Of a DNA stretch of 64,000 nt, positions 54,831 through 64,000 are shown piece by piece. The stretch comes from the human T2T-CHM13v2.0 reference genome, Homo sapiens. The notes under the pieces were generated by a model that was not told the origin of the DNA, made no database searches, and worked only from the letters and a program-made list of their open reading frames with translations. Made by a program: the position numbers and the translations under genes. The stretch is from NCBI RefSeq assembly GCF_009914755.1, contig NC_060935.1. The stretch is one strand, 5' to 3'. Position 1 is the stretch's first letter. The number at the start of each line of letters is the position of its first letter.

Positions 54831-55469
54831 AAATACTTTGTTCCAAATTGGCAGCAGTTATAACTAGCAGGAACTATAGATCTGACTTCCTACAAGCAGT
54901 CACCAAATGTAATTATTTGAGTTTGGACTTACAAGCTTCACATTTGACCCTTCAAGTGGTACCCAGAGTTGGGGCACCGAGTACATCAATGTATTAACTC
55001 ATCTTTGCTGGTGGGCACATTTTTCATCGGCTGGCACCTGGTATATGACTGTATTTTTAATTTAGGCCCTCACAAATCCCTCAAAGTTATGAAGGCGTTG
55101 TAAAATATATGTCTCAGGGAAACCTAAAACCAAGAAGCATATTATATATTTTATAATTTTATATTTTTAGGTTAACTTAATTTCCCATCGTAATTGCATG
55201 CATGCATGTTTGATATAAAAATTATAAAATACAGGAACATAGAAAATAGTATGTTTTATTATTTTACCACGGGAAAAAAGTAGTCAGAATTCATGGGCAT
55301 ATCTAATAAATACATTCCTGACCCTTCTATATAAATAATATGGGATGTTTTTCTTTCCACTTAGTATACATATGCAATTTTTCATGGTACCAAAAATTCT
55401 GCGTAAATATCATATTAACGACTGCCTATTTGTAACACCTTCCCCTAATGTGAAGAATAAAATATGTGT

Positions 55470-55682
55470 ATATTTGTATATACACAAATATATAATATAT
55501 AAACAGGTGTATATAATTATATAATATATAAAATATATATTTGCATTATATTATATAATATTAATAAATTATAATATATGCATTTATATATTATATACCA
55601 CATAGGTATATAATATATAAATATGTATATTATGTATTTATATATAAATATGTATATTATGTATTTATATATATATATGTAT
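55470..55682. repeat. AT-rich low-complexity region with a 26-bp tandem duplication
   Basis: 'atataaatatgtatattatgtattta' occurs twice. Confidence 0.85.
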
Positions 55683-56754
55683 GCCATTGTTTTGTGTTGT
55701 TTTATTTTCCCACCTTTGTTTTAATGATTAGAAAGACTATCTTTATGCAGGAATGAATTAAACAATTGCCTATGTTTTCTTTCAGGTATTTTTATAGGAA
55801 GCCAAATTTTCAATAAGAAAGTACTGTATCAGTAAATAGAATGATGCTATCTGTGCATTCTTTAGTAGGTATTGTACACTTGAAAAATAATAACTGCCAC
55901 TAAAACAGCAGGATTGACAACTTTTCTTGCCCAATTCAGGCCCAGTTATCAATTCAATTGAGGAATGAGTGTTTGAGTTAATTGAATGTTTCTGTTTAGT
56001 CAAGTGACAAAATCTCTGTTCCCTGCTCCTTGATCTCCTGAAATGATTTAAAAAGACCTTATTATTTCAACAGCTACGTTTGGGTACCCTTCTGAAACAC
56101 TGGACAATTAACTTCTTTAATTTAAAGTAAGCTTATTTAAATGTTTCAAATCATCTAGAGCCTGAAGCTGAACATTGAAGTATCAGTTGTGTTGTGCCAT
56201 GACTCAAGCTAATGATGTTAAAAAAGATTGAGCTGATTGTAGACTGATTTTATAAGTTCAAAAATTTGGGGCAGCATATTCTTATTTCCTTCAGCTATAG
56301 CAAAGACATAATCATAAAATCTACTACAAAGATTTATTGTGAAAACTAAGGTCAGAATAGTCACTGACACAATGTTAGAATCTCATTAATGTTAGCTATA
56401 ATGACGATAATTATTATTATCATTGGTAATTAATAGTAAACTGGACAAAATTGTTTCCTATTGTCAGGTGATTGTTTTTCATTTATACCTAGTAAAGCAA
56501 TCAGCAGAGGCAGTGATTGACTGTAGAGTTAAACTCAATTTCTATTTCTGCTATGTTTGTTTTCATTTAGTCACAACTTTCATGATTCTACCTCCAACAC
56601 TCACCTCTATTTATTTTCTATGCAAGATTTTTTATTCTCTCACATTAATTTTCTTTGTGGTATATTAAATACCAACAGAAGCATCAGGTTTATATATAAT
56701 AGTTGTTCTTGTAATTCACAAAGCTAGGTCATCAATGCAATACACATAATTATT

Positions 56755-56878
56755 ATTTCTTTTTTGAAATTAGTTACACAATGTTGACCTATGCTAGTCT
56801 TGAATTTCTGGGTTCAAGGAATCCTGCCTCAGCATCTTGAGTCACTGGGACTACAGGTGTGTGTCACCAAGCCTTGCT
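56755..56878 (-). mobile_element. Alu monomer fragment (old)
   Basis: 'gttcaaggaatcctgcctcagc...gggactacaggtg'. Confidence 0.65.
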
Positions 56879-57120
56879 GTCTTATCCTTTCTTAAAGCAA
56901 GTTTTCCATTTGAAAACTGCTAATTTCTTTGGGGCATTGTCCCCGTAAACTTTTTTGTAAAACATCATTGGCTTGTGAAACTCAGATAAACATGCTGACC
57001 CATGTCTACTTAAATTCATTATCAGTAATCTTAAGTGGGCCCTTACTACTTCGAAGCAATCCTGAAATTCTGTAAATTTAACAGTACCTTAATTCTTTCA
57101 CTGTAACAGATGCCTATTTC

Positions 57121-57439
<319 letters not shown>

Positions 57440-57527
57440 CAGATGCCTATTTCATACCTTCTTCTTTGTCCTCAAACTGAAAATTCTGCCTTGCCTTCTA
57501 AAGCCACACTGTCAGTTGATATTCCTG

Positions 57528-57980
57528 TGTATTAATCAGAATTATCCAGAGAAGCCAAAACAACTGGAAATATATATTCATATAAATATGTTATAATATT
57601 CATAACATATAAATACTATTTATTTTCAATAATTGCTTCCTTGATTATGGAGGCTGACAATTCCATAATCTATATGGCAAGCAGGCAAGCTGGAGACCCA
57701 GAGAAAAGCTAATACTGCAGTTCAGCTCTGAAGTGCATCTGCTGCTGAATTCCCTCTTGCTCTTGCTCTTGCTCCAGGAAAGTCTGTCTTTTGTTCTATT
57801 CAGGCCTTTGAGTGCTTGGACAAGGCCCACCCACATTATGAAGGGCAATCTCTTTACTTACAAGCCACCAATTCAAACGCAAATCTCATCAAAAAATGCC
57901 CTCATAGGAACATCCAGAATAATGTTTGATCAAACTTCTGGGCACTGTGTCCAGCCAAATTGATGCATAAACCTATCCAT
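57528..57980 (-). mobile_element. MLT2 (B/C/D) ERVL LTR
   Basis: 'tgtattaatcag...ccagaga...ggcccacccacattatg...ccagaataatgtttga...cagccaaattga'. Confidence 0.8.
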
Positions 57981-58540
57981 TAAACCCTGCTTTTTATTTC
58001 ATCAAGAAAACAGAAGGCTTCCATGCTGCATAGTGTTCATGGACCCTTGGTGGTGTACATTTCACCCATTATTACTCTGCTGTGTGCCCAGGAATTAGTA
58101 CGCTCTATGGACAACATCAATTTGTTCTTTCATCATTTGGCTTTCATTTGAGTTTGCTAAATGCTAATCTTTGGCAGCAGATAGAAGAGGGCTGGTAGTG
58201 AGGTCAATATATGTTTATCCTCTATATATGGTCAACTAGGGATGCCAGGATTTTCAGCCAAAGTTCATAGCTTCTCTCAAGGTGTGTCTCTTTGTATAAC
58301 TTTCTTCTCTTGAATTCATGCCTATTCCCTTCATTACTTAAGTAATCCAAGATACTGGATTACCTCTTATAGTTTCTCTTTACTCCCTACATGTTAGCAA
58401 ATAGTTTTTCAATTAAATTTGCTCAAGTTGGTATTATTTTGATTGCTTCATCTGTTTCCTGATGGAGTCCTGATTAAATCATACAAAGTAATTTTTTACA
58501 TGCTTCTAGCCACATCTACCAATCTATCAGCATTGCTACC

Positions 58541-58904
58541 TGTCTTAGTCTATTCAGGCTGCCATAACAAAATGTTGTAAAATGGGTGGCTTATAAACAA
58601 CAGAAATTGATTTCTCACAGTTCCAGAAGCTGGGAAGTCCAAGATCAAGATGCCAGCAGTGAGGTCTGATGAGGACTCACTTTCTGGCTCAAAGATGACA
58701 CCTCTTGCTGTGTCCCCACATGGTGGAAGAAGCAAATGAGCTTCCTTGGGCTTCTTGTATAAGGGCACTATTCCCATTCATGAGGGCTCTATCCTCAGGA
58801 TCTAATCATCTTTCAAGGGCTGCACTTTCTAATATCAATGACATTGTGGGGTTAGAATTTCAACATATAAATTTAAAGGGGATATAAACATTTCAACCAT
58901 AGCA
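58541..58904 (-). mobile_element. MLT1A/MLT1A0 MaLR LTR
   Basis: 'tgtcttagtctattcaggctgccataacaaa'...'accatagca'; perfect TSD ctacc. Confidence 0.88.
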
Positions 58905-60130
<1,226 letters not shown>

Positions 60131-61063
60131 TCTTCTTAATGTTGCAAAAGAAATAATAAAATATTACAGATCCAAGCTATCTTCATGATTTTATGTGCTA
60201 TCTACCATTTTCATTATTGTTAATATTAGTTGAATGAGCAAATCTTATTCAAAGTCAGATAAATCTGAGCTATGTATTTGAATATCGTATTTTCAACAAT
60301 TTTTCCCATTATAAATTTAGCTTTAAAGGTATACCTTTTATGGAATAGGAGAACATTCTGAGTGGAGCTCTGATGGAGTGGAGTGGATTTAGTACATGTA
60401 CATGATAATTTGTAGGACTAGCTGATAAACATATGTTAACAATATTAAATGTTTCAATCCATACAACTTCTATTTAAGGTTTATGAGAGTTTAAAAGCTT
60501 TTTTTCTTTTTTTGAATATCACTACTTGCATGTAAAGCAGCTTGTATATTTTATTTTCATCTCTTCAACATGTTGTATAATTAATATAATTATAAACTAA
60601 ATTTTTCATTGGCTATCAAAAAGGGTTAAATTAGTTCTTTGATTATTTTGAATAAATAACTTACCAGTTATTTTCTTTTATAGGACAGAAGGAGATTATT
60701 TAGGAAGCAACATTTTGATCTTTCCAAATTGTAGACCTGTTATTTACAGAGTTTTGCAATTATCAGAAACATTTGAACAGAAGCTTAGAACTTTCTTTCT
60801 GTGGTCCAAATTTCAAACAGTGAAAGCAGTAAAAACAGTGAGCAGACTCTGATACTGTAAATGTCAAGAATTTTCTCCATTTGCTCAGGCCCTTTTCTTA
60901 GTGAGAGTCTTTTTTTTTTTTTTCCATTCAATCCAAATAGCAGCTTTTTTCTTCCTTTTCTTTTTAAACTTTGAGAGCTTTGAAATGGAATTCTTCATTT
61001 TAAAATTATCCGATCATTTCTTCCATGTATAGAGAAATGCATTTAGCTCTTGTGACCTACCTA

Positions 61064-61480
<417 letters not shown>

Positions 61481-62859
61481 TTATATTACCACATATCTTT
61501 ATAAGAACTTAGTACGGCACTGTTATAATCTCTGACCTACAGGAAAATGTAATGAAGTTCATTGAAGTTCGTATGCCTAATTTTAGCCAAGTAGTAAAAA
61601 GGAGAGACTGGATTTGAGGGAAGCTTCATTGGGATTTAAAATCCAGTTATACCACTAAACAAAAATCTTCTTTTATGAATTTTTCTTATGCCCTGAATTT
61701 CCTCCCATTCACAATGAAAGCTGTACTGTTGTTGTTCCTACTCAATCCACACCCTGGTTCTCCCTGCATGAACTTGGTGTCAGGATTGGGATTTGTTCCT
61801 GATTCAGCCAAAGATGTACACGAGCTGGAATGGAAAGCCTCCCTTGAGGCAATTTCTATGACTTGTATTTTTTATTCCTTTTCCCCCATTTTCTCACCAA
61901 AAGATCTTCTAGCTTCCTGGAAGGCTGATTTATTTTCCAGATTCATTGTCTTTCTTTGCCATAACTGGTGAATTTCTGTTAGATCTGCATTTTAATTTTA
62001 GCTGAGCAAATTATTAACTGTGGATTTGTTTCTTCATAGTACTTTATTTAGATGTTTAGTAGAGAGTTTAGTGTCCCATATTCATCTAATTTCCATGCTG
62101 GAACAGGTCAGGTTACCTTTTCTGGAATTTCCCTGTATGATTGCTGATGAACTAACTCTTGTTATTTCAACCTTTCCTTGTGTCAAAGTTCAGCCTTAAA
62201 ATATGGCACTATTCAGCTTTGTAGATGCATCATAAATGATATGTTTATTTGATGTACAATTTTTTGTTGTGACTTATTTCTAAACAATTCTGGGTAATCC
62301 CATGGGCCTGAATCTGCACTCTATGGGTCTTTCCTTCACAAATAAACACACTCTGTTAATGTCACCACCTGCAAACATCTGTGGATGTACTCTGCTCACA
62401 GATGGGTTTGCAGTGAAAAGACTTTTATGGATCCTCTTGATGCTCAGCTGTAAAAGAATAAAGAAAAGTCTGACTAAATCTTGCAAAAGAAAAATTGCAC
62501 CTGACAAAATTAAACTGCTGTTTATCTGAGAATACCATGATAAGGGAGAGAGGACAGAACACAGCTGATCTCAACTCTGCTGAAACAAAAGATAGGCGGC
62601 TTGTTAGTCATGAGGGAAATATTAAGGCAGTCTTGCCTTATAAGACAAGAAATATAAGACAGTCAATGTCTTTGTCTGTAAGAGACTAGTAATTACGTAT
62701 AAGTCTTTTTCTGTATCATTCCCTCAGTCTCACCTATTAAACAGCTCTTAGGCAACAGCAGCTGCTTTAACATGGTTTTGTTAGCTGTCTTGAGTGGTTT
62801 TATCTTTTTCAAACCTACTCACAAAATAGTTATATTTATATACATTTTTCTTTATCTTT

Positions 62860-62899
62860 TATATTCTGACTAACCAATATTATATTCTGACTAACCAAT
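62860..62899. repeat. 21-bp tandem duplication
   Basis: tatattctgactaaccaat(at) x2. Confidence 0.9.
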
Positions 62900-64000
62900 T
62901 ATTAATAGAAAGTCAGAAAAGTAATCTTTCTAATATTGAGTCTGAGAAGATACAAGGATCTATTTTCCCTAACCTGACCTTGTGTTTCTCATTTCAAGTA
63001 ACAGGTAGATAAATATAATGCCTTTAAAATGTAAAATTCTCCAACTGATCCTAAATAGAACATTAAGGATCTAACTAATGAGCCTGGCCTTGTTAGCCTT
63101 GTCAGATCTCCTTATCTAACTTATACAGATTTTAGAAGGAAGTGCCATTAAACCTTGACCAAGCAGAAAACAAAAATTCAAGGGTTCATTGCACAATGTA
63201 ATACTCCACATATTCTACTGATATATTCTACATACTCTACATACTTTGCACATGGCATACTACTCTTTATGTACAGAGATGAGTTTCTTACTGTTTAAAG
63301 TTTGTATTCCAATAGTGGAGAATGAATGTGTGCAGTCTCTGCTAATCTTTACTCCTAATCCTGATGGTGTCCAATAGTGCGTATTTTCAGAATGGCTGTG
63401 ATTGCCATTCCTTGAAGGGGAATCAAGAGATATAGCAAACAAAAGGAAAATTAAAACCCCAACCTCAGACTCCTAAGCCATGGGAAATATTAACTTATTA
63501 AAACACATAAGCTAAATGTTTTATATATTTTGATATCTGACACTTTAGAATGAGACAAGCTATGACTGTATAAATTGGTTATGGATTAAAATGATTTTGT
63601 ATGCCATAATTGGACAAATGAAAGGTGTTCTTTTGCTGATTGTGTCAATTTTGCCTTTCTTTTACATGTAATACAAATAATATTTTCTAATTTATTCTCT
63701 CATAAGTTTCTTTCAAGACTGAAATGAAGTGTGGTATTAAAAAATGTACTTGTAAATAAAAGATATAAGATACCATATCATCAATCAAATAGAAGAATAA
63801 ATATGACATTCAAAATAACCTTGTTAACAAGGTAGTTAATTTTAAGAATTATAGGATTTCATGTGTAAGTGAATTTGAGATCATTTGGCCATGAATAACA
63901 TCTTAATTTGGTTATTTATTTGTGTTGAAGATAGAGGGCAGATGGAAGTTAAATACTGTTAAAACTCACTTGCAAGTAGAATTCAAACATAGTTCCTTAA

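Noticed and set aside
62366-62415. Hairpin as a pre-miRNA
   Set aside because: Stem of ~15-18 bp is too short for a Drosha substrate; kept only as a structural/enhancer observation

Overview
AT-rich, CpG-poor primate (human-like) genomic DNA: an interior segment of LUZP2 (leucine zipper protein 2) on the + strand. Three short coding exons (1110-1180, 7195-7276, 32199-32261; AG/GT flanked, phases 0-2, 2-0, 0-0) splice in frame to a 72-aa coiled-coil segment (SLKNDEQ...IRDLQNE). The rest is intronic and dense in retroelements: a near-full-length antisense L1PB, many Alus, MaLR/ERVL/ERV1 solo LTRs, MIR/L2 and MER DNA transposon relics. None of the listed ORFs is a credible gene. I found no new multi-gene system. 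The most interesting structure is a ~3.9-kb MER21-type ERV copy with the architecture of an L1-retrotransposed ERV mRNA: R-U5-internal-U3-R-poly(A), a 16-17-bp TSD, a TTTT/AA nick site, a possible splice junction and a templated patch near its 5' end. Other candidates are a MIR-derived alternative last exon of LUZP2, a palindrome-unit 46-bp minisatellite inside a sense MLT2A1 LTR, several template-switch scars and two motif-dense enhancer candidates. Repeat family names are from recalled consensus sequences, not from a search, and boundaries without a TSD are approximate.
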